Below the pieces are notes generated by a model, which did not search any database, was not told where the DNA came from, and saw only the letters and a program-made list of their open reading frames with translations. This document shows positions 1 through 12,700 of a DNA stretch of 64,000 nucleotides, in pieces. The stretch is from the NCBI GenBank assembly GCA_043228905.1, contig JBHGNT010000001.1, positions 29,264,001 through 29,328,000 of the forward strand, read 5' to 3'. Within the stretch, counting starts at the first letter, position 1, and each line of letters starts with the position of its first letter. Both the position numbers and the translations under genes were made by a program. This DNA comes from Azolla caroliniana. Lineage: Eukaryota; Plantae; Polypodiophyta.

Positions 1-2265
1 CTCTTTTCCGCCATTCGATCGCAGGCACTTGATCTTCCGTCCTATTTCTGTTTCCACGAACCCTTTGAGGTCACGGAAACAGTCGAAGACTTCGCTCTTC
101 CTCTCAATGAGGTAGATCCACGTGTGCCGCGTGTGGTCGTCGATGAAGGAGACGAAATATCGGCTCCCGCCAAGACTAACGTTTTGTGTCGGCCCCCACA
201 CATCGGAGTGTATAAGGTCGAGCTTGTTCCGGCTCCGGTTCCGCTCGTTGGGGAAAGGAAGTCGGTATTGCTTCCCGAGTTGGCAGGCTTCACAAATTTG
301 TGCCTTTCGGCTACTAAATTTGGGCAATCCGAACACTACCTGTTTCGATTGCAGATCTTGAAGCCGCTGGTAGTTGACGTGGCCTATCTGCTTGTGCCAC
401 AAGTCAATGTCCGACTCGGTCTTTTGTCCCTTCGCGAACATTGCGGTGCCGCCGTCAGTGGAGTCGAGGATGAACATCCTCCCGTCTCTGCGCCCTTGCG
501 CAATCACACGGCCTTCTTCCTCAATGAAGCACCCGAGGTGTGTAAACCGAACCTCCATCCCTTGGTCAACGATCTGTCCGACCGAGACCAGGTTTTTCGT
601 GATTGTCGGAACGTGCAACACGTTCATGAGTTTCCCTTTCTACTCGACATGGCTAAGGGGAACTTCTCCGACATTCGCGATCGGATGCGGAGTGTCGTCT
701 CCTGTTGCGACTACTCCAGGTTGTATCAGTTTTTCAAGGTACGAGAACCACTCCTTATGGCTCGTCATGTGGTTTGACGCGCCGGAGTCTACGTACCACA
801 CCTCGTCTGATCTCGGGGTGGTCTGTTTCATTGAGTTTGCTTCGTGTCTCGTCACGAAGGCAGTCCCTTCTCCGACTCTCCCGGAGTCTTCGGCGTAGTG
901 CGATCGCTGCCGATTTCCCTTGTCGGTATGTCTGGAGCTGCTCCCGGAACCAGTTCTCTTTGAATCGGCGCGCTTCTTCCAGCACTCACTTTCCTTGTGG
1001 CCTTTCTTGCCACATTACCAGCACTCCACGATGGACTTCCCTTGCCGGTTCTCATCGCTTTGACTCTCCCTGTTTCCGAAGGGTCTGGAGTTGTTGTCGG
1101 CATCACTTCGGTGCCTTCTTCCCTAATCTCGTCGGCCGCCTCCATTGCGCGGCGACTCGCCTCGTCCTCCACGTCCACGGGGCCTATCTCCCTCTGTGTA
1201 CATCATTCAGTTGTCGGTGTGCGTGCTTGTAGACGCACCCGCGTGGTTCTCCTCTACCAGGAGCATTGACTGTAAGTCGAAAAAGGACGACGTATTCTCC
1301 CGGGTACACACAGCCGTTCGGAACGCTCCGAACTTCGATGCCAAACCTCCGAGACAGATCTGGACCATCTCACTCTCCTCGATGTTCACCTCTATGGAGG
1401 CGAGGGAGTTGCAGATATCCTTGATCTTTGAGGTATAGTCTGCCACCGACAAGTCGCGTTGTCGTAGGTTGCTCAACTCCTGTCGGAGCTGAAGCTTCCT
1501 GGCTGTGGTGCTCGCGGCGAAAATCTTCTTCAGATTTTCCCACGCACCCTTCGGCATCTTTGCATCCCGAACATAGCTCAATAGTTGTTCGCCCACACAC
1601 GACGCGAAGCAGTATAATACCCTGCTCGCCGATTGCTCCCACGACGGGAAGTCTCTGTGTGTTGATTCGGGTGCCACGTCATTAGCTCCTTCGACATAAC
1701 TCCAGTAGCCGTGCTCGAGCAGGTACTGGTGCATCTTGTAGGACCACGACGCATAGTTGGTTCTGTCGAGCTTCTCTGTTGGAAGCGAGCTCGCCATGCC
1801 TCTATCCATCGTTCTACTTGTTTTTCTTCGTCAAGCTATGTCGGCTGCAGAGAGGTTCTCAACCCTCGCGCTCTGATACCATGTGAAAAGTAACATGCGG
1901 AAGCAAGTATGAAGACCGAACAGAAGGAAGAAAACTCAGGTTTAATGGAGAGCTTGAGCTTACGCAGTATACGCGGGAGAGACAGAGAGAGAACACAAGA
2001 ACTATATTCAACAATAATACTCAGTCTGTACATAAGACGTGCTCAGTGAACACTTTTATACAAGTCCTAGAAGGACTGACCGAAGTACTGACAGTACTTC
2101 AATGCTCATCAAGAGCTCCTACACTAACTCCCAAATATATTCCTCACGGAATATCTTTCCGAACGACCTCCCGGTTTACGCACTCGGCCTAACCGATTGG
2201 TCCCAATCGATCCGGTCCTCGGCTTCTTCAGCCGATCCAGCCGATGTTGAGCTTGTCTCTCAACA
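1..2265 (-). mobile_element. Ty1/copia LTR retrotransposon, 5' part (continues off window); degenerate gag-PR-IN
   Basis: 5' LTR 1882-2265 (TG...CA), same family as 43330-49104. tRNA-iMet PBS TGGTATCAGAGC at 1870-1881. UBN2-type gag ORF 1207-1809, protease WYVDSGASNHM (640-855), integrase LIHSDVWG region. Confidence 0.95.
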
Positions 2266-2822
2266 ATGCTCATTGTCATGCTAGAAAACCTCTTTGGAGA
2301 ATATGAGAGCCTTTAAAATGCAAATGAAATAATATCACAACAGGAGAAAAGTCCTTCACTTTGCATACGTTGAAAACATTTTAATGCTTCAAAACCATCT
2401 CTTGAAATTAAAAAAAACCTCCCAAGGCCAAAATCATTGTATTCCACATCCCTATATCTCTAAATCGAAGCTTTGAAAATATTACTTGTGCCTTACCAAG
2501 TAAACCACAAAAAAACTATGATGGGCCATGCTCAACATATATTGTAATCGATGCATTCCACAAGAGAACATTTCTATTTGTAAGAGTATCAAATACATAT
2601 TGTGCATCTAACAAAGATCAACACCTATCATACATCCCTATCACACTATTATCAATACAAATATCACTTTTGAGACCATCCCATACCATCTCTGCCTACA
2701 ATCCTCGTACTTTCTCAATGTCTCCTACTCTTCCACACGCTTTCAAGCATCACAAATATGTTACAGTCGTTGGAATAGTCTCCTCCAACTTCATTTGCTG
2801 AATACATTTGAAAACATCACTA
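2266..2822 (-). pseudogene. Heavily degraded L1-like LINE ORF2 remnant, contiguous with 15439-16145 before later insertions
   Basis: Hand translation of the minus strand gives only scattered L1-like words (DRFY, LRWL, WDGLKSDI) among many stops. Confidence 0.35.
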
Positions 2823-2827
2823 AAAGG

Positions 2828-3100
2828 TGTCGGGAACTCAACGCTCCTTATGTCCAACGCTCGGCCACAACCTAGCGTCTTCTCATACACAGAAATAACG
2901 GGAAACAAATGCACGACACAAAGGAGAGAAATTACACAGGAGGTTTACATGGAAAACCCCAAACTAGGGGAAAAACCACAGCAGCCCACAGGCTGCAAAC
3001 TGTCACTATGTAATAATGTACAAAACAGTGAGTTCACGGAGGCAACGACCTTGTGCTCACGATCTTTGCCATAGGCGGCGGTTACAACAGAGGCAACGAC

Positions 3101-3137
<37 letters not shown>

Positions 3138-3624
3138 CACAGTTACGTGCTCTCTCTTCTTCTTTCACCAACAAGAAAATAACGACTACAATTGACAACT
3201 ACAACAACAGTTACTAAAAGTTTGCCCTAAGTCATATTTATACTAATATGACTTTTCGGCTATTTACAAATGTAGCCTCGATGGGCTCTCAGAAACATAT
3301 TTACGAATATGTCTCTTCCTCCGGTTCACACCGGGTCTGCGTCATCCGGCTATCCGTAGCCGGGTACTCCTCATCCGGTTCACACCGAGTCTGCATCATC
3401 CGGCTCTCCGTCGCCGGGTTCTCCTCATACCGTTTCGGCCTCGACCGAGTTTGTTCATCGGCACTGTATCATCCGGCTCTCTGTAGCCGGGTACTCCTCA
3501 TCCGGTCTTCACCGGGTCTGCATCATCCGACTCTCCGTAGTCGGGTTCTCCTCATACCGTTTCTGCACTGTTCATCGGCACTGTTCTTCTCCCTTCCCAT
3601 CCGGAGGGACCTGTCTCCCAACCA
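2828..3624. mobile_element. Solo LTR (family A) with internal ~54-bp tandem repeats
   Basis: TG...CA termini, 5-bp TSD AAAGG (2823-2827/3625-3629), inverted homologue at 34363-35088. Confidence 0.85.
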
Positions 3625-4050
3625 AAAGGTCCATATTCAACGTTGTCGCGGATTTCCGCGAGCGTGTGATGGAACGGGGTGGGACCACCGGGGTCTTGGA
3701 CCAAGGAGCCAGTGAGAAAAGATGGTTGTCGGGACCGGATTCCAGAAGCGTATCTGAAGCGGTTCGGTTCCCGGATGTTAGACGGTGAGCACACGGGCTC
3801 AGAGATCTATACCGCTTCGGACCAATTGACGGATAGCATCGAGGAGCTCATGGGCTCACACACACAGAAGGCACGCTCAAACAGAAACGGAATAGATGCA
3901 AGAACACAGAGAGACACAACAAGATTAATGATTAACAAGGTGGAGATAGAAAGTTACAACCGGCTCGGCCAACAATAGAGCTTCAAACTCTTCATGCGCA
4001 TGCACGCACTCAGAATAGGCCTCTGATCGAGAGCTCACGAGCGCCTTCTT

Positions 4051-4502
4051 CTAGAAATCAGCACAAAACAGAAGTCTCCCCTTTCTAGGGCTCTCAACCC
4101 ATGCCATGAAGTCTCGCTTCGACAGCCGAAGCGAGTCATCAAACCCATACATATCGAGGAGCCGCAACTCGAACTCCTCCCAAGTCTGGCATCCGGCTAG
4201 CGCCTCAAGAACCTCTGCGTGGATGCTCGGCGTCACCACCCGAGGGAATCCGGACAACCGTTTGTCCACCGAGATATCCCTCATGATCATTTTGGCCCGT
4301 TAGGCCTCCAAGTAGCTCGTGGCATTCTTCCCACCGAATTGACCTATGGTGCCGACGATGGACTTAATGGCCCTGTCGAGGGCACCTGTTCCCTCGCGAG
4401 CGCTCACTAGCCGGTCGACGGCTACGACCATAGCTTCAGCAAGCTCGGATCCCCTCATCCTTCACTCCTTTGCCGCCTGTTTCACGTCGGGTTCACCAAA
4501 TA
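4051..4502 (-). mobile_element. Second PBS plus gag N-terminus downstream of a 3' LTR (tandem/shared-LTR remnant, truncated by deletion)
   Basis: Near-identical to 14107-14534; tRNA-Trp PBS at ~4482-4498. Confidence 0.85.
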
Positions 4503-7365
4503 TGTTGAGTTGTTACGCTCTTCACATGTGGAAAGAGGCTGGACCGCGGGGGCCATGAACCATGGAGCGGGAGAAAGAAGAGAGAGAGGGAGAAGTCTTG
4601 CAGAAACAACGAGGGAGAAGGAGAGAACAAAGTCTTAATTACAAATCAAACGATTACAACCGGCAAGCCGGCAACAGACCCAACTCAGGTGAACACACAC
4701 ACACACACACAATGCTCACACGCCAAGCACAGAAACGTGAAGGAAGAGCCTCTGATGGAAGCGCACGGGCTGTCCACGAAGCAGAGACGGCGATCTCCCA
4801 AAACCCGTAGAGAATGACCACCGAAGGAGGAGAGAGAGAGCTCGGTACAAGGTCCGGCAACACTTCGTCCTCGCTAATCCATGATACCCCCATAGGCCGT
4901 CGAGGTAGGCCGTTGCACCCTCGTTTTCATCAAATTATTCTTTGTCCTTTCGAACAGAGATACTCGTTGATTCCCTAGACTTTTGATGCGTCACATCTAG
5001 TCTATTTACACTGACCGTCCTACTCCTAGTTATGTACAAGGTATTAATTGGTGTGGGAAAGTGTAGGGTTGGTTCATGCGCCTTGCTTCGCCGATTCCGC
5101 TTTTGGCCGGTTTTCTTCACGACATCCACCCCCACCAAACCGCGCATCCACCGGTATGCGCTGGAGAGGGACAGATATCGGAGAAAACCGGCTCACGTTC
5201 ACTCGTCGCTCTTCGAACTATCGGTGTCCCTGAACCGATCGTCGTCGTTATCGCTCCCTCGCTTCGGCTCGTCTTCGTACCGCTTCTTGAACGCTTTAAT
5301 CCGCTTCCCGGCTACCGGCACCGCCAATCATGTCCCGTCGAGCTCCGCAAGATGGTACGTGCCGTTTCCGTTTGTGCTCGTCACCATGTAGGGCCCGAAC
5401 CATCTCCTCGCGAATTTGCGAGTCGCCTTGTGCTGGTTGTCGAGGCTGCTGTCGTAAACCAGCACCCAGTCGCCTTCCTCGATCTTCTTCGGTCGTAGTT
5501 GGTGCGTCCGGTCGAACTTGGTTTTGTTTCGTTCCCTTGCCGCGCGCAACTTCTCCTTCGCCCGTTCCACGTCCTCCGGTCTTCACTCAAGTTGCCGGAT
5601 CCGCGCCGCCAACAACTCTTCCCGTCTCATTTCGTCCTTCCAGCCCACCGCGGCCCACGAAGAAATCATCCATTCCACCGGCATGATTGACTTCTACCCG
5701 CACATTAGTTCCGTCGGCATGAACCCCGTTACCGAACTGTGCGTAGTCCGGTTTGCCCACAACGCATAGGGTAAGAGCCGCGACCAGTTTCCGACTTGGC
5801 CCCCACACGCCCGTACTAACGCTTTGACGATCGGTTCGTGTCCGCATTCCACCTTCCCGTTAGCCTCCGGATTGTATGCCGTGGTGAGCGAGAGTTTAAC
5901 CCCTAGCAGGTCAAACAACTCTTCCGCCTCTTGCGCGTCTAGTTCCCCGCGGTCGGCCATGATCTTGCCGACGCACCCATACCGGCATACCACATCTTCA
6001 ATTAGAAACCGGCACACGACCGCAGTTGTTTTGTTCTGCAACACTCGGCCTTCCGCCTGGTTCGTCAGGTCCTCCCGAGCCAGCACCAGATATCGCATCT
6101 GCCCTACCCCCATCGACATCGTCACCAGATCCACCATCCACTTGAAATGGACGGTCGGAGGGTAGGTCGGGTGAAGCTCGTCTCGATGTCGGGCTATGGA
6201 GTGCATCTGACAGCTTTCGCAAGTCGTTACGAACCAATGCACGTCTCGGTATAGTCCTGGCCACTAGTACTTCCCCTTCAGCTTCTTGAATGTGGCCCAT
6301 GTCCCGTGGTGTCCGGCTCAAGGACTCTCGTGGTACGCCATAAGCAACGCTTTTTGCTCGTCCTCCCTCGCCACTACGCGGAGTGGGGTGCCACTTCGCT
6401 TCTTCGGGTGCTTCCATATGCGCCCTTCCCATAGGAAGAACCAGTACGCTTTCTTCTGCACATGGCAGGCCTCTTCTCTCGTCCACGCTGTGTCCGGCAT
6501 CATCGTCCGTAGGAACCTCCCGATTCGGAGCCACTCTCTGTCGTATTCGCTCTCGTCGAACTCGTTAAGCGTCGGAGTGCTCCCCGTCCCAGTTGTCACG
6601 CCAGCTGATCCGAATAAGTCCTCGCCGACTTCTTCGTCTTCCGAAATCATGTTGTCCTCGTCGCTGAACCACGCCCTCGAAAGCATGTCGACCATGGCGT
6701 TGTCCTTTCCGGAAATGTGCCGCATTTCCGGATTCAGGGACTAGATGTACGCTATCCACCGGAGCATTGCCAGGTCCGGCGTCGCGCATCTGGAAACCAT
6801 ACTGAGAATCGGTAGGCAATTCGTTTCAATGATTACTTCTGTCCCGATCAGATAGTCTTTGTCGGCCTTTACTTCCGAAACGATACCCCATAGCTCGCTG
6901 TCACGAAGATGCGCGTGTGAGCGTGCTTCGCTTGAGCGGGACCACCGGGGTCTTGGACCAAGGAGGATGTCCATCAAGGTATTGAGAAGAAGACGATGTG
7001 AATGTAAGATTGGAGGAAGACCTATTACACTTGAGAAGATTGAAGATTGTACACTTTCAGAAGTAGATAAATAATTACAGGATAGATGCGAAGAAGAAGA
7101 AATAGAAGCTTATATTATTGATGGTGATGATGATGGTCATATCATATTGAGCCCCCCCCTTTTACACAAGCCGTACTAGGGGTTTTATAGGTTTGTCCAT
7201 GCACAAAACCATGGGCTTGGAGCCATGGTTTCTATGCACACAGTTTTGCTTTGTGACATCCAAGAAACCATGGGCTTAAAACCGTGGTTTTGTGTACACA
7301 GTTTTGTTCGTTTGTTTCCTACAGAATACTGAATATGAGAAAGAAATATAGAACATCTAAAGCAC

Positions 7366-7437
7366 TTAGTAGTAGCTTTAGTGGTAAGGTAATTGCCTCT
7401 TATCTTAGAGGTGCAAGGTTCAAATCCTACTTGCAAC
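7366..7437 (+). other. tRNA-derived sequence (Pol III A/B boxes) inside LTR D; copy at 10365-10436
   Basis: TAGCTTTAGTGG (A box) and GGTTCAAATCC (B box) at tRNA spacing; CTCTTAT loop resembles Lys-CTT; stems degenerate. Confidence 0.7.
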
Positions 7438-8645
7438 CCTCTACATGCACTCAATGCCATTGTGACCTAGGTTTATTTATTTTCATTTTTACAAGTATTC
7501 GTGAAATGTGTGTGGATCCTCAATTTTTGACTTTTTCTCGCACTAGACATGCCACATCACGACATCCACCCCCACCAAACCGCACATCCTCCGGTATGTG
7601 CCAAGAAGAAAAGAGTGATGTGGAAGGGTCAAAGGTGGTTGGTGTTTGATTTCCTCCTTTCTTGCGCCTCGTCCGCACCATCTTTTTGTTGTCTACTTCA
7701 AACTATCGTTGCCATCCGATCCACCATATCATTCACTCACCTTTTTTATTGCCATGTCTAGTTGTCATGGCTCCCTTTGCTCCTCCCGAGCATAACGCTT
7801 CATGCCTCATGCATGTGCCACCTTCATCTCGGCCATCTCCTTGGTCACCTAACTTTCCTTTATCATCATTTCTCGTCTCATGCTTGCCTTTGCTTATGCT
7901 CACTAGCCTCAACCGGGTGTCACGACTCGTCTGCTTCGACCTCCGCCTAGGCCGGTTCAACTTTTGTCTGTCTCGACCAATCAGCTTCTGGCTTGGTCGG
8001 CCTTCCTCCGAATTCGCATTAGGCTGAATCAGACTCAGACGATCGACTTTCGTCCGTGTCAGTTTCCATCCGGTTTTCGGTTGGGTCGGGCCCGTTTGAT
8101 CAACTCTCGTTCGGGTCGGCTTCCGTTCGGGTCGGAATACCAACCGCGTCATCTTCCATCCGGATTGTATTCTATCTCTTCCTTTCTTGCCGCTATCTGG
8201 CTCTTCATCGAACTCTATTGTAGCTTTGTTTTTGGCGTCCTTGTTGGCCACATTCCTCCGTATGCGCTGGCGTCGACCCTCATCTCCTCGCCGCCACCTT
8301 CCATCTCTCCGGTCTTATGTTCGCTCTCGGGCACAACTGCCGAAGTCTCCAGAATCGGTGTGGAGGGATTCCTTCGTCTGTGGCCATCCTCCTCATCGTT
8401 GTTTCGGTCCTTCGATTTCCAGCCGCCACCTTCCGTCTCTCCGGTCTCACGTTGACACTCGGGCACAATTGTCGAAGTCTCAAGAACAATTGTGGGGAGA
8501 ACCTCGACACCATCGGTCACCGTCTTCTCATCCGTAACCATCTTTCGCTCAATGTTGTTATTCACATTGTCTTCAATATTTTCTTCCCCACCACTTTCCG
8601 TCTCTTGGGTCTCATGTTGGCTCTCGGACGCAACTGCCCAAGTCT

Positions 8646-9755
8646 CTAGATCAAGTGTTGGGAAAGTCTCGACAGGTCATTCACCGTGGACTCTTCCTTA
8701 GCCATCTGCGACTCGATGTCGTTCCTCGTGGCTACCACCTCAATCACGTCAACCTTGCACTCTTTACATCCCTTGATCACACAAGCTTCTCTCATGCTTG
8801 CACCTTCATTACTCGATATTTCGGACACAACATGTGTTCCGAAATGCTCGTCCACTCTTAAAGCAACATTTCCCGCTCTCGAGTCTTCGGCCTTTCTCTT
8901 GACCGTCGTTCCTCCATAAGTCGAGAAGGTGGCTTGTTTCACACCTTCTCCCATGGTGCTGTCATACCAAACCTGGGCCTTCGTATTGGCCGCACCATTA
9001 GTCTGCATTTGTCGGGAGGTCTCCTCTTCGTCGATCACCATTTTCCTCGGTTTTGTTTTCAGCTTCTCTTCAACCTCGACTTGTGCCTTTAAGTTCTTTA
9101 ATGCCTCTCTCATCAAGGCTTGTATGTTGAGTTCTGTCGAAGCTTCCCTCTTCGAGCTTTCTTCCTTCAGTGGGTTTTTATTGCCACATCCCATTCTCCT
9201 TTGAACATCCCTTGTGGGTCGTGTTGTTGTCGATGAGAGTCTCATCTCTCTCTTATCATGTTGTCGGCATACCCTTTCCACTTTGGCCCAATCCTCAATG
9301 AGGCCATTTTCACCATTGTCATCCTCGAGTGGGATTCCAATGGCCTTTCTTTCATTCTGATTGATTGACTTTACAAACATTAGAACTTTATTCACCCCCA
9401 CCAATCTTCGATCCCGGTCCGAGAGTTGAGCGAAGCGATACTCAAACTCAACGAATGCATGCATAGCACTCTGGTGGGTCTTTCTCGATGACACCCATTC
9501 GTGAAACTCATACAGACCTCGTCCCTTTTGCTCTTCGTAACCATATGATTCTTGTAAAGCTTCTTTGAAGGACACCCACGAATCGTGAGTTTTTTGAATC
9601 TCTTTAATCTCTTCGAAGATTGGTTCGGCCACCACTCGACAAAAGTACTCCAGCCTCATTGCTTCCTCCACTCCTCTTGAATCCATTTCGGCATTGTAGG
9701 CCTTTAGAAATTTTTGGACTTTGCCTCCATCGAAAAACCCGACTCGCTTGATCAT
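8646..9755 (-). CDS. gag: Gag-like protein of family D element
   Basis: GFFDG..FLKAY..EM, F...FAQLS..DR and VLMFVKS align with gag at 18205 and 13381. Confidence 0.85.
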   Translation of the reverse strand: MIKRVGFFDGGKVQKFLKAYNAEMDSRGVEEAMRLEYFCRVVAEPIFEEIKEIQKTHDSWVSFKEALQESYGYEEQKGRGLYEFHEWVSSRKTHQSAMHAFVEFEYRFAQLSDRDRRLVGVNKVLMFVKSINQNERKAIGIPLEDDNGENGLIEDWAKVERVCRQHDKREMRLSSTTTRPTRDVQRRMGCGNKNPLKEESSKREASTELNIQALMREALKNLKAQVEVEEKLKTKPRKMVIDEEETSRQMQTNGAANTKAQVWYDSTMGEGVKQATFSTYGGTTVKRKAEDSRAGNVALRVDEHFGTHVVSEISSNEGASMREACVIKGCKECKVDVIEVVATRNDIESQMAKEESTVNDLSRLSQHLI

Positions 9756-12700
9756 GCTTTCGATGGCTAGTTGGGCCGCATGTCATGTTTTCCCTTCTCT
9801 TGAAAACTCCATCATCATCTTTGACATTGCCTTCATTAGATATTCCTCGTCCAGCTTCATCCTCCCCTACCGCTCTTCACGTCGGGTTCACCAAAAATGT
9901 CGCGAAGATGCGCGTGCGAGCGTGCTTCGCTTGAGCGGGACCATCGGGTTCTTGGACCAAGGAGGATGTCCGTCAAGGTATTGAGAAGAGGATGATGTGA
10001 ATGTAAGATTGGAGGAAGACCTATTACACTTGAGAAGATTAAAGATTGTACACTTTCAGAAGTAGATAAATAATTACAAGATAGATGCGAAGAAGAAGAA
10101 ATAGAAGCTTATATTATTGACGGTGATGATGATGGCCATATCATATTGAGCCCCCCCCTTTTACACAAGCCGTACTAGGGGTTTTATAGGTTTGTCCATG
10201 CACAAAACCATGGGCTTGGAGCCATGGTTTCTATGCACACAGTTTTGCTTTGTGACATGCAGGAAACCATGGGCTTAAAATCGTGGTTTTGTGTACACGG
10301 TTTTGTTCGTTTGTTTCGTACGGAATACTGAATATGAGAAAGAAATATAGAACATCTAAAGCACTTAGTAGTAGCTTTAGTGGTAAGGTAATTGCCTCTT
10401 ATCTTAGAGGTGCAAGGTTCAAATCCTACTTGCAACCCTCTATATGCACTCAATGCCATTGTGACCTAGGTTTATTTATTTTCATTTTTACAAGTATTCG
10501 TGAAATGTGTGTGGATCCTCAAATTTTGACTTTTTCTCGCACTAGACATGCCACATCACGACATCGCGCTTAACTTGGGCATATCCTCGCTGCCGCTCGC
10601 TCAATACCTTCACCCCGAACCGGATCGGGAACCGTACGCCGTCCTTGTCCTCCTGACTGATCACCCACCCGATCCCGGTTGGGCTCATGTCCACCGTCAC
10701 GTAGATGGGGACTTCCTTGCCACAAACCGCTTTCCGGAGAGCCGGTGCCGCAACAAGCGCCTCCTTCAGTCTCCGGACCGACTCTGTGTTCTTCGTCCTC
10801 CACTCGAACCTACGGCCTTTCTTCAATAGCCCGTAGAGCGGTTCCACGACATGTGCGTAGTGCGGAATCAAGATGTGGTAGAACGCGCACACACCCAAGA
10901 ATCGGCTAACCTCCGTAACCGACCTGCAATCGTCCTTCATCACGGAGATGGCTTCTACCTTTGTCGGGGACGGTTTCCGGCCGTAGGGCCCGCACAAGTG
11001 TTCGACTACCAAGATCTCTGTCTGCCCGAACGCTGATTTCTCTCCAGAGAAGGTGAGTCGCGCGCTCTCGAGCCTTTGCAGCACCTTCTCGTAGTCGTTG
11101 ATGTGGTTCATGACGAACCTCCGGCATCTGTCCGGCCCGACTGTGTCGTCTACGTCCTCCACCAGACACCCTTTTATCGGTACGTCGTCGAGGAACGACA
11201 TAGTGATGTCTGGGATGCAATCCCTCAGCACCTTGTTCATTGCATTCACCATGTGTGCCACTGAATTCGTTCCTCCTTGCGGTAGGGTACACATCCGCAC
11301 CAAGCCGAGAGGAGTCTGCATTGTCGTGATGTCCCTGCTCTTTACGGCTAGTTGGAACTGGTCGTACCCTGAGTATAAGTCACCGACCAAATAGATCGAC
11401 CTCCCGGCGAAGGCCTCTGCGAACTCGTCTATGGTCGGCCCAATTCCTGCGTTATGGATGGTCACCTTGTTGACCGGTTGCAGGTCCTGTATGAAGCGCA
11501 ACGTGCCGTTCTTCTTTGGCACCGTGAACCACCGATTCAAGTATGGGGCACTCGACGGTTCGAGGATGCCCATATCCACCTTCTGCTTCAGTAGCTCCAT
11601 CAACATCGAGATGTGAGCTCTGGGCACCGGAATCGGCTTGAGATTCCACGGCACATGCGGTACCGTGAAGATCACCATTGGCTCGACGATTGTCGGGTCT
11701 ATGCACCTGATCTCCTCCAGCGAGAATGCGAAGGCCTTCCCGTGCCTTCAGAGCATCCTCCGAAACTGGTCATCCTCCTCCGGCAGTAGAAAGCCACCCC
11801 CACCAACCTTGAGCTCCCGTAGTGTTATGTCGGTGAACTGGTGCCTTATGCCGGCTGGATTCCGTAAACTTGGGTCCGACGCGACCCCCTTTATCTGCTC
11901 TCCGCTGCCCATCCGGCAAGGATGCCGCAACTGGCCTCACCTTCCGGTCCACAGTCTTGTACTTCGTATCCACGCGGGCCGTTTGATCCGACCCGATCCT
12001 CTCCCCAAAGTTCGCGATGACTTCGTACATTCCCATCGAGCTAACCGGAATGGTCCGGTCTTCACTAAGGCCTTTATCGACCACCTCTCGTAATTCGCCC
12101 AAGGTGTCGTCAAAAGAGACCGCCTCCACAACGCCGCTAATTTCTTCATTGGGGGAGAGGACTCCACACTCCCTAAGTCGTCTCTCCGCCCGCTTCCTCT
12201 CTTGGCGATTGATGTCGGTTAGTGTCCAACCTCCGTTTTCGGAGAGCCAAAATTTCCTACCTATAATACATGTGTGGGGTTCTTCCGGGGTGTCCGGACT
12301 ATCGCGGCCCCACGCCTTGATAGCCCACTCTAAAAATCCCCTCGGCTGTCGGTGCCGAGGGTCTCACGGTTTCGCTCGTGGTTGGGTCGCACTGTCATGA
12401 ATTGTACGGAATGCCGACCGTCTTGGCTCTTGACGCGCGCATATGCTGAACCATTGTTCAGTACTTTTTTCTCCATGCGTGTTACCGTAATGTACGGCTC
12501 GCCGAGAATTACTGGGTGCGAGGAAGTCTCCTGCACGAAGAAATGCTGATCTATCTTGACGTCGTCGATCTTCATGCGTACGTTCGAGCACGCACCATGC
12601 AGCTCCTCTGTAGCACGCATCGTCGCGCGTATGTTCCACTTTTTATAGAAGTCCATGGACATCAGGTTGATCTTCGAGACGTGGTCTACCAATGCCACCA

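Larger units (their letters stand above)
6899..10563 (-). mobile_element. Non-autonomous gag-only gypsy LTR element (family D), no pol
   Basis: 666-bp LTRs 6899-7564 and 9898-10563, TSD TCGC, tRNA-Trp PBS ~9877-9893, PPT next to 7565. gag-like ORF 8646-9755 followed by ~3 repeated modules (8290-8645). Confidence 0.93.

Noticed and set aside
3310-3570. ~54-bp repeats (also 34430-34640) as a CRISPR array
   Set aside because: No unique spacers, no cas genes, and the repeats lie inside a solo LTR in a plant context.
7366-7437. Functional tRNA gene
   Set aside because: Acceptor and anticodon stems do not pair; treated as tRNA-derived.
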